DNA of 64,000 bases, taken from NCBI GenBank assembly GCA_963693365.1, contig CAVNZM010000008.1, positions 4,922,310 to 4,986,309 of the forward strand, written 5' to 3'. Made by a program: the position numbers and the translations under genes. The notes beneath the pieces are model-generated. The model ran no database searches and was not told where the DNA came from. It saw only the letters and a program-made list of their open reading frames with translations. This document shows positions 35,054 through 59,695 of this stretch, in pieces (the first letter of the stretch is position 1; every line of letters starts with the position of its first letter). The stretch is from Amoebidium appalachense. Lineage: Eukaryota > Protista > Ichthyosporea.

Positions 35054-36479
35054 CACATACCAAGCAAACAAGCCATCCCCCCCCCCCCCCCCCCCTAAAA
35101 AAAAAAAAAAAAAAAAAAACACCATACACAAGCACACACACAAAAGTGCAATAGGGTAACCTGCAAGCATTCACAAAAAAAATTCAGTCAAAAAACAAAA
35201 CAAAAATCCCACGAAAACAATTACCAGCGGCCTGCTGAAAGTGTGTCAGTGCGCCAGCATAGTCCCTCTGAGCGTCGAGGTGTGCGCCCAGGTAGTACTG
35301 GCTGGTGGGGTCCAATTCATTGGATCCCCCCATCCCTTCTTTCATCACGCACGGCCACGACCCAGGGAACACCTTGATGAGAGTCACCTCGATAAGGGTG
35401 CCCTCCTTGTGCGCCTCCGTCTGCAAGATGGGCAAAATTTTAAAATCGGATTAGTCGGGAGTTTTGAAACGGATTCGGTGGTGTTTTTGTTCAGGAGATT
35501 TGGTTAATTGATAATTTTCGTAAGTTGATTAACCGGCACCCATCTTTTAATCGCTTGACTTGGTTTCTTTGGGATTCTTTGATCCGTTTCCCGTTGGCCT
35601 TTATCTTCTCTCTCCCTCTCCCCCTGTCTCCCCCCCTCCCCCCCCAAAAAAGACATTGGATCGCTCCATCCTGTGATAATCCCCCCCCCCCCCCCCCCCC
35701 CACCCCCTCCTGGCCGTTCGACACACCCCCCCCCCCTCCCCCCCAAAGAAAAGAAAAGAAATATCCTCTCCCCCCTCCCCCAAAACTTTCGCCGTCAAGC
35801 CTCCACCTCTTTTTCACATAGTGACGGAGAATGTCTATACGTCCCTCCGCATTAGACCCACAACCCCACAGCCCCCCGTTTCCTCATCCCATCAGAGGAG
35901 AACCTTTTCTATACCATTGGTCGTTGCATTTGTCCCCTCCTGCCTCCCCCCCTTCCCCCCCCCCACGCATGCCGCTACCATCCTCGCCTAACGGTGTCCG
36001 CGATTCCCCCCTCTCCCCCACACACACGCCGTCTTTTCTCTTTGTGTTTGTGTGTGCATATAAACGTCACCACGATTTCCATCGGAGAAACTGAAAAAAC
36101 GAGCCCCCCCCCCCCCCCGCCCAAAAGGAATAAGGGAGGTGGAGGATTAAAACATACCGTCCAGGCCGATGAGTCCGAGTCGATGAGGTTGAAAAACGTG
36201 CCCTGTGTTTGTGTGTGTGTGCGCGCACACGCGCATACATGTGTGCGTGTATGTGTCAGGTATGTGAGTAAAGGTAGAGGAGGAGAAGGACTAAAGCAGA
36301 AGAAGGAAAGGGGGTAGAAACAATAAGACGATGAAATGGGGCGGAAGTGGTAACCAGGGTAATGGTGGCGACCGGTAGAGGGGGGCAAAAATAGAGGGAG
36401 GGGGTGGGGAGAGATGGAGACAGAAGAGTGGGGGAAGAGAGACACGCAGAGAGAGGGGGAGAGGGGGGGGAGGGGAGGG

Positions 36480-36556
<77 letters not shown>

Positions 36557-36843
36557 TGAAGGGAGGGGTGGGGGGGAGGAGAAGTAGCTCAAAATATATT
36601 CGTTCATGTCATCCACCAGAATACCTCCACCAACGCCACCACTCTATCCTGCATGCTTTAACTGTTACCTTGACAGCCACGGTGCCATTCTTAAAGGAGG
36701 CCACCATGGTTTTCTGTTTAATCTCCATGTGGATGTCCTTCTTGCGCAGCTTGGTTGGCGACAGGATCTCAAGCGTGATCGTGTCCTGGAAAAAGTGTGT
36801 GTGAAATGGGTTTGTGTGTCTTTGGGTTTCAAGAATGTGTCGA

Positions 36844-36908
<65 letters not shown>

Positions 36909-36957
36909 CCTCTCTCTCTCTCACTCACTCTCTCTCTCGAGGGTTGTATGTGTGTTA

Positions 36958-36999
<42 letters not shown>

Positions 37000-37696
37000 T
37001 CGCTCACCCTCCACGTGTCCGTGTGTGTGTGTGTACGTGCCTGCGTGGGTGTGTGTGCCTGTGAGTGTGCGCGGGCGGCGCGTGTGCATGCATGGTTGGG
37101 TGTGCGCCCGCGTGTGTATATGCGCGCATTTGTATATGTGTGGTTTTATGTGTGTGTTTTTATGTGTTCGGGTGAGTGCTTGCATTTGCTTGTATGTATG
37201 AGTGTGTGTGTGTGCAGGGATGTTGCGCATCAAGGACTGCATGGAGTCGGTTTTTGATGTCTGCACCCATCAGCACAGGTAAGCACACCGCGGTAAGAAG
37301 CAGCTTGCTCCTCTTAGATGTATTAACCCATTCAAGGGATGTATGAATGGGGAGAGCCTGATACATGCATACGATACATGTGTATCCGCTTCTGCAGGCG
37401 TCACGCGACACATACGATCACGCAAGGCCACAAAGCTGCCAGTTTAGAGATAACACACGGTTTGAAAGGTCACTCGGGATGTCCTTGTTAGAAGGAAGAT
37501 GAGCGATAAAAAACACTCTGAAAGTGGGAAGAAAACTTCAGGACGCTCCAGGACATGAAATAGTGAAGTGAGCATAGTAGAGAGGCAAAGAGGAACGGGC
37601 AAGGAGGCAAAGGGGGGGAGGGGGGGGGGGGGGGGGGGGGAGGGGGGGGGTTACCTGAGTCTGGCTCCATGTGTAGCTGCAATACTGGGCCGCCAT
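27368..37696 (-). CDS. CS (p23/NudC-like) domain plus Sel1-like repeat protein
   Basis: Exons 37696-37655 ([14 protein letters not shown]), 36785-36669, 36202-36158 ([15 protein letters not shown]), 35420-35225, 34155-34064, 32749-32625 ([41 protein letters not shown]), 32119-32034, 31213-31086, 30413-30313, and a tentative last exon 27413-27368 reached via a GC donor. Phases are consistent throughout. Confidence 0.82.
29987..30125 (-). repeat. 5'-truncated copy of the structured intronic repeat (sense to the Sel1 gene)
   Basis: Reverse complement reads CCTGAGGATGGGCTCTGCTTATGACGC...GTACTTCGTAC...GCATTCAAAACCCC, matching the copies at 42752 and 45190. Confidence 0.85.
32750..33160. repeat. 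Compound GT-rich minisatellite built from GTGTAG/GTGTAC/GTGCAC hexamers at the 3' end of Sel1 intron 5
   Basis: Recurrent GTGGGTAGGTGTAGGTGTAGGTGCACGTGTAT blocks running up to the acceptor at 32750. Confidence 0.75.
34158..34505. repeat. ~21-bp minisatellite (GCCCATATAAGGAAGGT-like) at the 3' end of Sel1 intron 4
   Basis: About 15 degenerate units with a CCATA...GGAAG core, ending at the exon 5 acceptor. Confidence 0.8.
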
Positions 37697-38207
37697 TTTT
37701 ACGTTTATTTTTTTCTTCCACTTTCTTCAGTTCTATATATCCGTAGTTATTCAAAAGGCTACCCACGTTTCTCTTTGCGGGGAAAGAAGGCGAAAAAGCC
37801 AAGTTCACACTTTGAATAAAGCCAAGTCTTAGCAGCGGAGAAAGTTTTGGACGGCGTGGCCCGGGGACATGTCATGTGGCCAGAAAGCGCGCCAATCTCT
37901 AGCGGCAATATCATCAAATATGTAAGTTGCACAAGTTGAATTAAACTTTTAATCTAATCTATTTCTATCCTTTTATTCCAGCCTTTAAAAATTATACAAT
38001 AACCTTTATGAAGGAGTTATCATAGCTGCTATTTAGCACTCAAGAGCCACTTCTCAGGGTGCCGCATTCTGATTCACTGGCTTTTCAAAATAACTATATA
38101 TGGCTACTATAACGTCACAACTAAAAATAGCATGCTCAGTTCACTGCGGCCCGCGTGGTGACGCGCGCGCACTCGCAGTTAGACTTCTCGTCATGTTGTA
38201 GAAAACG

Positions 38208-38243
<36 letters not shown>

Positions 38244-38594
38244 GTGCGAGACGCAGGCTGTATATCGATTTTTGGACACGTTTCATAAGCGTAAGAAGGA
38301 CTAAGACGCCGTGACTGTTTTAAAGCTTTAGGCACGTGAAGAAAACCCACAGAAAAAAGAGGACAAGCGCTCTATAACCAGGCATCTCACTGCTAGGGCC
38401 AACATCAGCTTTGGGCCAGGAGTTATCGTCGATATACCTCCATTTCGTTGAAACACAGATTAAAACATCAGTCGAGCCAGCTCCTCTGTGTAGGCACTCA
38501 AACCTTGTGCAAGCCTTCTAACAGGGAGCGAAAGAGCTCTTCTCCGACAAACACACACAGAGAACAAGGGGTGAACGTACACACACAGGCCACC
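37697..38594. promoter_or_regulatory. Divergent (bidirectional) intergenic/promoter region
   Basis: Head-to-head start codons at 37696 (-) and 38595 (+). The MRPL1 ATG sits in GCCACCATG, just after a possible 5'UTR acceptor (CACACAG at 38588). CACGTG at 38333. Confidence 0.5.
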
Positions 38595-49802
<11,208 letters not shown>

Positions 49803-50389
49803 CTATAAATAGCATCAGGATGTGGCGGGTGGGCCAAAAATAGGAATCCAGAGAGATACGCTGGTGGGCCCTGCACACGTGCCCCTAGTGAGCCTGACCG
49901 GTTCGAGTCGGTGTACACCACACTATTTGCGGAAATTCTGCCCCTAGTTGTTATTCGTTTCGTTTCTTTCTTTTCTTTACCCTTTGTTTCGTTTCCTTTT
50001 TCCCCTTTCTTTTCCTTTTTTATTTATAACAAGGAGTTTGGGAGTATTTTTTAGGCCGGGCCGATTTGAGTTCTCACATGTACACCACGTTTCCACATTG
50101 TCAACCACCAGTTATGTCAGCAAATAATTTCTTGTTTGGATTTTTTTTTTTTTTTTTCTTGCAATGATTGTACACGACGTGAAACCACAGCGTTATCTTA
50201 CTATCAAAGGATGGATTCAGACGAAACACAATTCAACTAACCAAATGTGAATAAATGATCCCGGCAGCATCGATGTGACGCAAATGTTTGTCTTCCCCCC
50301 TCCCCCCCCCCCCCCCCCAATTTTCTTTTTTTTCAGTTTTGTATGCATAGGTGTGTGGTGGAATGGGTTTGTTCCTCCCCCTCCCCCCC

Positions 50390-50429
<40 letters not shown>

Positions 50430-50589
50430 TCCTCCACCACCACAAAAAAATTCCAAGAAAGAAAAAAGATATGTAAGAAAAAAGATAAGAAAAATGTGTG
50501 TGGGGAGGAGGGTGGCTCAGACTGCAGAATCATGAGGTGTTTACAAGAGGGACCCCGGGTTGGTGTTCCGCGCTTTTTTTTTTTTTTTT

Positions 50590-50622
<33 letters not shown>

Positions 50623-50687
50623 ATAGCGCCTGTGGTGTGTGTGCATCCAATCAGCCAGTACATGTGTGGGTGTGCTCGACGTTTTTT

Positions 50688-50771
50688 TTGTTGTTGTTGT
50701 TGTTGTTGTTGTTGCTGTTGTAACGTTGTTGTTGTTGTTGTTGATGTGATTACATGTTGTTGTTGTTCAAC

Positions 50772-50848
<77 letters not shown>
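50688..50848. repeat. (TTG)n microsatellite
   Basis: Interrupted TTG runs. Confidence 0.9.
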
Positions 50849-50849
<1 letters not shown>

Positions 50850-50878
50850 GGGTATATGCTATAGGGGTCCGGAAGGGG

Positions 50879-50917
<39 letters not shown>

Positions 50918-50980
50918 AGCGTGCCACGTGTACACATGTGGTGATCCGTGCACGTGGCACGTGCATACGACGTGTCTATG

Positions 50981-51595
50981 TAGCCCAAAATTTCGGCCCC
51001 TCCATGGTGGCGGAAGACTACACTGAATGACGTAATCAAATGGTCTACGCAATGTAGACTATAGAATTTCCCCGCCACCATGGTGGGGCCACTGGGGCCT
51101 CACAAGGCTTCTATTTGAAAAGCTATCCCGTTTTTTGGATGCATTTTTGGATTGGCAAATTTGATGTCGTCATCAAAATGCTCTGGGCTCACAATCCAGC
51201 CAATGGAAAATTGGTGATTTTATTACGCAGCAAATACCAGTCGTGAGTTCTACTCAGGATCCTAAGATAAAAAAAATAGCACAAGCACACAAACAATCCA
51301 AATACACATATAAAAGTTGTTTGAACAAAAAAATTGATGTTTGTCTAATTTTTAGGACTTTGATGAAAGAATACAGCATGCTTAAATTGTTTGGTTTATC
51401 TTACAGCTCTACCGCGTTTCCCGCCAAAATGTTAGCCTATGGAAAACCGGTATTTTTATAAATAACGAAGCAAATCTTCTAGTTGGTGGCTCAGCCTCAG
51501 AGGTGGCTGGTTTGTGAATGGCACAAAAACATCTACTATGCAGCGAAATTTGATTTTGAATCATATAAAAAAATAAAGTTTCGAATCCGGCTCGC

Positions 51596-51634
<39 letters not shown>

Positions 51635-51666
51635 CGGGCAGTCAGTGGGGCCGACATTGGGGGCTA
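50981..51666. mobile_element. Non-autonomous DNA transposon (MITE), family copy 2
   Basis: TIRs TAGCCCAAAATTTCGGCCCC / GGGGCCGACATTGGGGGCTA; homologous to 43812-44647. Confidence 0.75.
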
Positions 51667-51866
51667 CAACGTGTGAACAGCATGGATTCGCTTGCTGTAC
51701 GCCGATTCTGATTGGTGTGACCCGATTGGATTAATAGAGATTCAAAAGTAGCCAAATTTGTCTATTTTATGACGTAATGACCTCCTGATTGGTTCAGGCA
51801 GGATTAGATAATTTCCTTCCGATCGCTAATCTCGGGTCGGGCTAAAAAGGGTTGCACCCTCGTTTT

Positions 51867-51949
<83 letters not shown>

Positions 51950-51990
51950 CCCCCGCCCCCCGCCCCCGCCCAAAAATTTCGAGGTGGGAA

Positions 51991-52057
<67 letters not shown>

Positions 52058-52592
52058 ATCCGAGTCTGCAGTGTGCTTGCCATTAATTTACGGTGTCATT
52101 ATTAATAAAACAGCTGCAGCATGTGAAAGTGACCTGCAATCACTTCTACACATTATTATTATGGTATTTTGACTACGTAATGATATCATAGGTATTAAAA
52201 AGGCGAATGTCGCATGCATGGATGTATACGTAGTGTGTGCTTGACGTGTATGTGGTTGCGTGTGTGCATGTTCATGTGTGTGTGCCGTGTGTGTGCATTG
52301 AATGTGACAGCATACTCTACATACACCGTGACATTACAGTTAAACTGTAAGTAACATTACAATCATAAACTACCACTCTGACATGCTGAACATTACTGGA
52401 AGTTAAATGTTACAACTAACACCTAACAAACTGATTCTTAAGTTACTGTATTGACTAAGTCTTGGCATCATGATGCCAAATCCCATACTAATCGAACCTA
52501 CTAGACATGCCCTACGTTTGCCACCTGACCCCAAAGCAGCTGGCAGCCACAATAACAATTAGAAAAATAAAAAACTACGTGGAGGGATTGGC

Positions 52593-53765
52593 TCACTTCC
52601 ACCTATTATCCGTGACACTAAAACTGAGCAGGCGGATGCCAAAAGCGGTGACCAGAGCATACAACATGGCCTTGCACCTACAGCATTGCATGTAAGTATG
52701 ACACAGATGGGGAGGGATTGCTAAAGTCAGTTGACAGACGCTACATTGTGCACTGGCTATCGTGCTCGGGTATGTGTGATAATAACTGGGGTGGAACGCT
52801 TGCGGATGGTGCGGGTGCTGGCTAGGGGGAATCACCCCAGACTGTTGGGTGCTTTGGAATTCATCCGCCGAATCGGTTGACGAACTGGTGGGATCATGCT
52901 CCTGAGGGGCAACACCTGTGTTGGTGCTTGCACGTGAAAGGCCGCTGGGCTTGGCCTTCTTTGACGGGGCAGTCTGTGAATTACTCTGTGACTTCAGCCC
53001 ACGTTTCGTGTTTCGTGCTCTCTCGCTTGCTTTCTCCGTAACTGTCCTAGCAGCGGCTTCCTTAGCCCTCGCGATTTCCTCCCTCACCTCGGCGGCCACC
53101 TGACTACGCAAACGTCTTTCCTTCTCAATGTGTTCTATTTTTGACTTGATTTGTTTCAATGTTTTGGAAAGGATGGCATCCAGCCCCACACCCTCCTCGT
53201 TGCCCTCCAATGCTGCATGGTAATGTGCAAATATGTCCTCCTCTGTTGCCGGCAACTTTTGTTCCGCAAGCGAAATAACAATACTTTCAATCAACGCGGT
53301 CTCCGCATCCGACCATCTACCCGAACGTACCGTACCTCCTCGCCCACAGACACATAATACTCCAAACCATTCTGATCTGTGGTTCGTGTTTGCGTGAATC
53401 GTGCGCGCCGCCTTTGCGTTGGAACCGTGGCAGTGGCCTTGCCCCTGGTGGCTGTTGTGTTGGCCGTATGGGTGGTGTTGGACCCATCACCACTTCTCAG
53501 GGAAAGGTTCCCCCCTTCGCCGGATAAATGCAGCTGCATGGTAGACGGGCGACCTGGACGGTTTGGCTCTGGCCGCTGTCCATGACTGCATGTGTATGTG
53601 CGTTTGTGTGTGCGTGTGAATGCGCGCGCACGTGTACACATGTGTGTTTGTGTGTGCGTGCGCACACGTGCTCTGTGGGTGCGTGCGTGCGTGGATTCGT
53701 GCACCTGTGCATCTATCCACACACGTGTATGCATGGACCATGATGCGCGGATGCATTGTGTGTGT

Positions 53766-53796
<31 letters not shown>

Positions 53797-55095
53797 GGGG
53801 GGGGGAGGGGGGCTGTGTGTGTGCGTGCACACGTGCATGCGTGTGTGTGTTTAAGTTTGTGTATGGTGTGCGGGTGTGCAGGTGGTGAGCAGTGGGGAAG
53901 GTGGGGGGGGAGGAGGAGGGGTTAGACATCATGAAACGACGGATACAGGAGGGGGAGGGGATTGGGAGAGGGGGCTTTTCTTTCCCCTCCCGGGGGGGGG
54001 GGGGGGGGGAGAGGGGGGAAAGGGGGGGGGGGGGGGGGGGGGGGGGGGGAATAAAGAGAGGGACAAGCAGAAATACCTGGATTTGGCCAAGTTAAGGTTT
54101 CGATTATAAAGTACCAAGTGTGGGCAAATAGAGGATGCAAAAGAAGAAAAGTAGCAAATGCATATCATACGGCTCACCTGTTGCCACAATTCTCACACCT
54201 GCATGCCTGGGTGCATGCCCGCTTGTTCTTTGCGCATATGCAACGCTCATGCCCATCGTATGCCTGCACTTTTCCCCCGCTGTTCTTAAAACCACAAAAA
54301 AAACGTGTTCTATCCTTACTGTTTCTATTACAGCTGCAGCCCTTGGCGGGCAACCCACCGAACGTGTCAGTTGTGTTAGCGTTAGACGCCAACTCCGTCG
54401 AGTTTTCCGTGTCAACTGAGTGTGATGTCTGTGTTTGGTTGTTGTCCGAGATTTTGTTCGCATGCGACAAGCGAGGTATTACCACTGAGTAATGATCTGC
54501 TGCACCGTTAAGTGATACGGGTATGGCAATGTTGGGTTCGATGACGGTGGGTGGAGTGACCGCAACTACACCGTGATTGGCAATCGTGCTAAAAATGGTT
54601 ATTGGTATGCGGAGTGCGTTGGCTAAGCCCAGCACCATCGCGTCACCGGCTGCAGAAGCAAAATGGGCGCGCCGAGGACAGCGGAAATCATCAGCTACGT
54701 ATGCGAGGGTCACCCTTGAAAGGAATCCTTGGTATTCTGCTAGATTTCGCCGCCATTCGTTTACCATTAGTTCGCGTAGCCGTCCAATCGCCTCTATAGG
54801 CTCCATATTAGCTGTAAACCCCAATGTGTTGAGGTGTTCACGGGTAGCTACATGACCGCTTTGTAGATACTGATTGATATAATGCCACACCGAATGAAAC
54901 AAACAGTTGCCGTCAGCGGGTGTTTCCATAAGCTCCATTCTCCAGGCACCCAGAATTTGAAGAAGGCGTTGTTGCTGGACCTCAGGTGGCCCGGATATGT
55001 CCCTGTGTTGCACATCACAAGGAAGAATAAGCAAAGACAAGAAGTGGGAGGGTGACGTAGGGCAGTGGTGGTGGGGTGGGTGACAGTGGGGTGGG

Positions 55096-55135
<40 letters not shown>

Positions 55136-56003
55136 GGAAGAGAGAAAGAGAGAAAGACAGATTATGGGGAAGGCGGAAAGGCCGAGGAGCAGAACAAGGG
55201 AAACCTTGGCGTGTGTGTGTGTGTGCGTGTGTGGGTGGGTTGGGGTTGGGGGGGGGGGTGGGGGGGGGGGGGGGGGGGGGGGGGGGGCATTAGATTATTA
55301 ACAATTCTATAAGTGAATAAGAGTGTGTGCGCTCGTGGCTGCGAGGGAGGGTGCATGCGTGCATGCATGGGTGCGTTCGTGTGTGCAGGTGTGTGAAAGG
55401 GGAGGGGTGTGTGTGTGGGGGGGGGAGGGGGTTAGGCACTCTGAAGGGGGCCGGGCAGGTGTAAGGGAGTACTGATGAAGGAGGGGCTATGAACGGGGGG
55501 GGGGGGGGGGGGGGGGGTAGATGCAGATGCTTTCAAATAGGTGGAAGAGAAGCAGGGAGCTTCCAAAAAGGTAGGATGGAAGATATAGGTATACTATTAG
55601 AGAATAATGAGAATTAGGGGAGGTAAGAGGTAATGGAGGACTTGAAAAGGAGGGACGAATGGGCAGAGGCCCTCCTGAGGGGGAGGGGGGGGGGGGGGAG
55701 GGGAACAGGACAGGCATAATAAGTGGGCCTGGGGAGGCAGGTTGTCTGACAAAAAACTGGTGTCACTTGGGTTGGAAGGAGAGATGGATTGATACGTGCA
55801 AGGAAGTAAGGAGGTGGAGCAGTTGGGAGGAAGAATTGTGGGAAGGAGGAGAGGGGGAGGGGGATGCAGAAAAGGGGGCGGGGGGGGGGGGGGGGGGAGG
55901 GGGGGGGAGGGGAGGAAGGGGGATGGGGGAAAGGGGAGGAGGCCCTGCAGGGAAAGGGGGGGGGAGAGGCGAGAGGGAGGAGCGGGGGGGCGTTGGAGGG
56001 GAA

Positions 56004-56036
<33 letters not shown>

Positions 56037-56350
56037 CGGCAGGAAGCACCTGGCAAGCTGTATGTCTGCTGCCACGGCCTCGTCAAAGAACACTAGAGTG
56101 AAGAGCAGATGATCCGGGTCCTGTGCTGCTAAAGCAAACCCTTCGGAGCTGTGCACAGACCCAATCAGCTTGCGCATCGCACGCCGGGCGTTAAGCTTGC
56201 GGCCTGCTAGGCGCACACATGTTGACACGTTGAATGAACCAGGGCTCTCGTCACTTGACCCCTCATCGTCATCGTCAGAGCCATCACTGTCGAAAGACCC
56301 AACCTCCATACCACACTCAGGCAAGGAACGGTTGCCATTATTGCCATAAG
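52593..56350 (-). pseudogene. OTU-like cysteine protease plus CXC (tesmin-like) Cys cluster gene, frameshifted; probably transposon-associated
   Basis: In-phase exons 56350-56050, 55002-54178 (TPADGNCLFHSV...DHYSV with the OTU catalytic Cys/His; CSC...CICAKNKRACTQACRCENCGN) and 53585-52593. A 5-bp duplication (53326-35) shifts the frame; removing it gives EEVRSGRWSDAETALIES and continues into the 52593-53294 ORF, ending in a CxxC..CxxC. Upstream exon candidates (57746-57499, ~57385-57178) do not join cleanly. Confidence 0.7.
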
Positions 56351-56887
56351 CTGCAGAGTGAACACAAAGACAGGGTGAGAGAATAGCTGGTCAATGGTTG
56401 CCAGGTCTATAAAGAACCCACTCCCAACCGAATCCCCCATCCAACCCCCCCCCCCCCCCCCCCCCCCCCCCCACACACACAACATACATACACACACACA
56501 TACACACACACACACCGCCCACACCCTCCCCACCCCCCCTCTTGCTCTCGGCCCCCCCCCCCTGCCTAATTCTCCACTTCCCCCTTCTCCCTCTCCGTCC
56601 CACCCTCCCGCCCTTCCTCTTTACCGACTGCCCTCCTCTCTTTGCCCCTCTCTTTCTGTCTTTTCCGCCATCCCTCCCTCTACCCTTTCTCCCCCTCCCT
56701 CCTTCCCTCCAACCCTCCCACCCACCCATCCTTCCCTCCCTTTCTCCCTACCCTGACCTCTCCCCCTTCCCCCCCTCCCCTGTCTTTAACATACACACAC
56801 AGGCACACACATACACGCCCCCCCCCCCCCCCCCCCTCTCCCCCTTCTCTGTACCCACCCACCCACCCACCCACATTACACACACAA

Positions 56888-56936
<49 letters not shown>

Positions 56937-58215
56937 CAACACACACACACACTCACTACACACACACAGGCACATACACACACAGACAAGCACACACCCA
57001 CAGGCATACACCGTGACACACAGAAACTCTCTACCCACTATCCTGTACTGCCTCTTGACTAATTGTAGGCTTAAAGGGGAAGGGAGGGAAGGGGGAAAAG
57101 CGGAGGAGTGGGCTTTAAGTGGGTACACTGCACAGAATGGTCACACAAAACATATGGAACACGTTGCCACACATACCCTATCGGGTGATAGCAACATATA
57201 AGAGGCAAGCCAAAGCAGAAAAGGCAGCATGCCATGCCAAACAGATCATGGGAGAGGCACAAAGGTCCATAAGATTAAGTGCAAGGGAAGGCCTGAGCGG
57301 TGAAGGCATTGGTATCCACAAGATGCAAAAGGACACACCTAACGTATTACATAAAAAACAACTTCTAAAACGGAGGAACCACCTGTAAGGCCCAGAACAG
57401 AGAGACAGGGGAGGGGAGAGAAAAAGTGGAAAAGAGGCAGGGGGTGGTGGGGAGAGAGGGGGGGAGGGGGGGGGGGGGGGGAGGAGGGGGGAGATCACCT
57501 GATGGACTCCCTCCGCTGTAGATGCATCTATCCGGCCGCCATGACGGGTTTGATGCCACACCCAATCCCTGAGGAAGGGCTGGGGAGGGCACGTGCCAGC
57601 TTCGACAGAGTCCTCATGATCCGCTATGCAATAATCAATGTACCGTGCAACGAATGGCTGTTCCAGCTTGGCATGATCTTTAGACCAAGATTTGTTTTCC
57701 TTAATGACTTTTTTGTTCACCCCATCTGGGTTGTTTGTTGAACCCGCTGCAGCCAAAAGACAAAAGGCGAGGATAACATGAACGAGAATCCTCAGCAAAG
57801 CCCAATGGCCTTGCCCACGTCCAATGCGGACGCGAGCATGTTTGTAACCCATGCTCACACAAAATATGTACTGTCAGTTATGATCGAGCATTAAAGGGTG
57901 TTGTCTGTTTTTATTATTTTTATATGAGCCTACTGCAATATGATAAGGATGCTAGCGCTGTGTCACACCTGTCAACTGCCAGTCCAGGCTGTGACTGCCC
58001 GTTCAAGTACGCCACCACCTGCACGTGGTTGACGTGGTCTTGCTTAGCCCGCCTTTCGAGTTTATTCCTCGAATCAGACGCCACCAACGATGAGCCACAA
58101 AAACGGGTCAGAAAACGGGTCAGGAACGATTCGAGCTGATTCGACCCATAATAGTTCGAACCGACCCATTTATGCCCCAAATAAATTTGGCACCAAATAA
58201 TTTGGCACGAACCTG

Positions 58216-58376
58216 GTGACGTAAAATGTGGCACGAATTTATTTGGCACCAGCCCGCTAGCGGAGCACATCCAGGGGTATCCCCAAGCTCCTGTCGGTGC
58301 CTGGGCGACATCCTGCCCCATTTTCACCGTTTTGCAGGCTCGTGCCAAATAAATTTCGTGCCAAATATTACGTCAC
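58216..58376. mobile_element. Small foldback/MITE-like element
   Basis: ~42-bp inverted repeat GTGACGTAAAATGTGGCACGAATTTATTTGGCACCAGCCCGC vs GCAGGCTCGTGCCAAATAAATTTCGTGCCAAATATTACGTCAC, with extra TTTGGCAC units just upstream. Confidence 0.6.
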
Positions 58377-58812
58377 ACCCTAGGAGCTTGGGAATTGAGG
58401 GTAGCACCCTAAAAAGTGCGTTGAGCCTCTGGAATGTTAAGATTTTATAAAGAGGCGCATCCGACTGAATCCGCCTAAGTCTTCGCGAATCAACCTTCGC
58501 GCTATTAGTGTAGCGTAGCACCCCTGACACGCGGCTTTAAAGGGTGAACAGAGATTTGTCGATTACTCATATTATTAAAATAAAAACCTGCGATTTGCAA
58601 AACTTTCTGCCGGAAGGAAAAAGTTTCCTACAAAGTGGAACCAATCCGACCCGATACTCCAGCGCCAAACTTTTTGGCAACACCAATCAGATCATTATCT
58701 TGATTTCTTGAATAAATATATTGGTTAAAAATGACGTAATGTTTGCTGATTGGCTCCGTACAGCTGAGTAAGCGAATTCATGCTCGTGTGAACACGTACA
58801 GTTCGTCATAAT

Positions 58813-59382
58813 GCCTGGCGGCTTATGATTGGATGGATCTAGATTGCCTGAGTAGGAGGATGGGGATTGGTCCAATATGATAAACAGTTCAGGGCACAAA
58901 AGATTGGCATCCGAGTCACTTGGGTTCACTAAGGTTCACTAAGAACGATAACAATCAAAGCAACTTCATATTTCGCTACAAACCTCTAAACAGATGATTT
59001 TTTATCGTCTCCCGGGAGGAATTCTCGCAGTTAGGTATATGAATAATTTTGTCGTGTGAAGTTTTCAACTTGATTTCATTGGCATTTCAAACTGGCTCGA
59101 GGAATCTTGCATCTTGCTATCAGTATCACTTATCAGCAGTGGATCAAACTATCGCCTTTATCTCACATTTCTATGACTCAAAAGTTTCTCTACATAAATG
59201 AATCATATTGTAAAATCGTGCCTATAATATGAAACATCACTTAGCGTCGTTTTCACTATGTATACTATTGAGACATGTATATTCATAACCAGACCTTCTC
59301 CTATCTAGATGGATTTGTTCATAACGTTTGGCCAATCACCATCTTCCCTTATCTAGATTCATCCAATCATGAACCGCCGGGC
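58813..59382. repeat. ~70-bp imperfect inverted repeat pair (possible degenerate MITE)
   Basis: GCCTGGCGGCTTATGATTGGATGGATCTAGAT...GATTGGTCCAA at 58813-80 is complementary to TTGGCCAATC...ATCTAGATTCATCCAATCATGAACCGCCGGGC at ~59310-82. Confidence 0.6.
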
Positions 59383-59569
59383 GTGGGGCGTGCGCAATGT
59401 GTGCATTCCTCAGATTTGCGCGCAACTTGGCCAAGTTTCCTTTTCGAAATATATTTGAAAGCAAGTGAATGCCAACACGTGTGTATAAATTTATGTATGT
59501 GAAATGAGGAATAAGGCATCAATATGTTTACGATAACTGCAACCTTTCAAATTTCACAGTTACAGCTTA

Positions 59570-59647
59570 GGGAACATTGATTTTGAACCCAGGGGGGGGA
59601 TAGTAGCAAGTTTGGAGGGGGGGTACCCGCCACCCCGCGAGAGGTCG

Positions 59648-59695
<48 letters not shown>

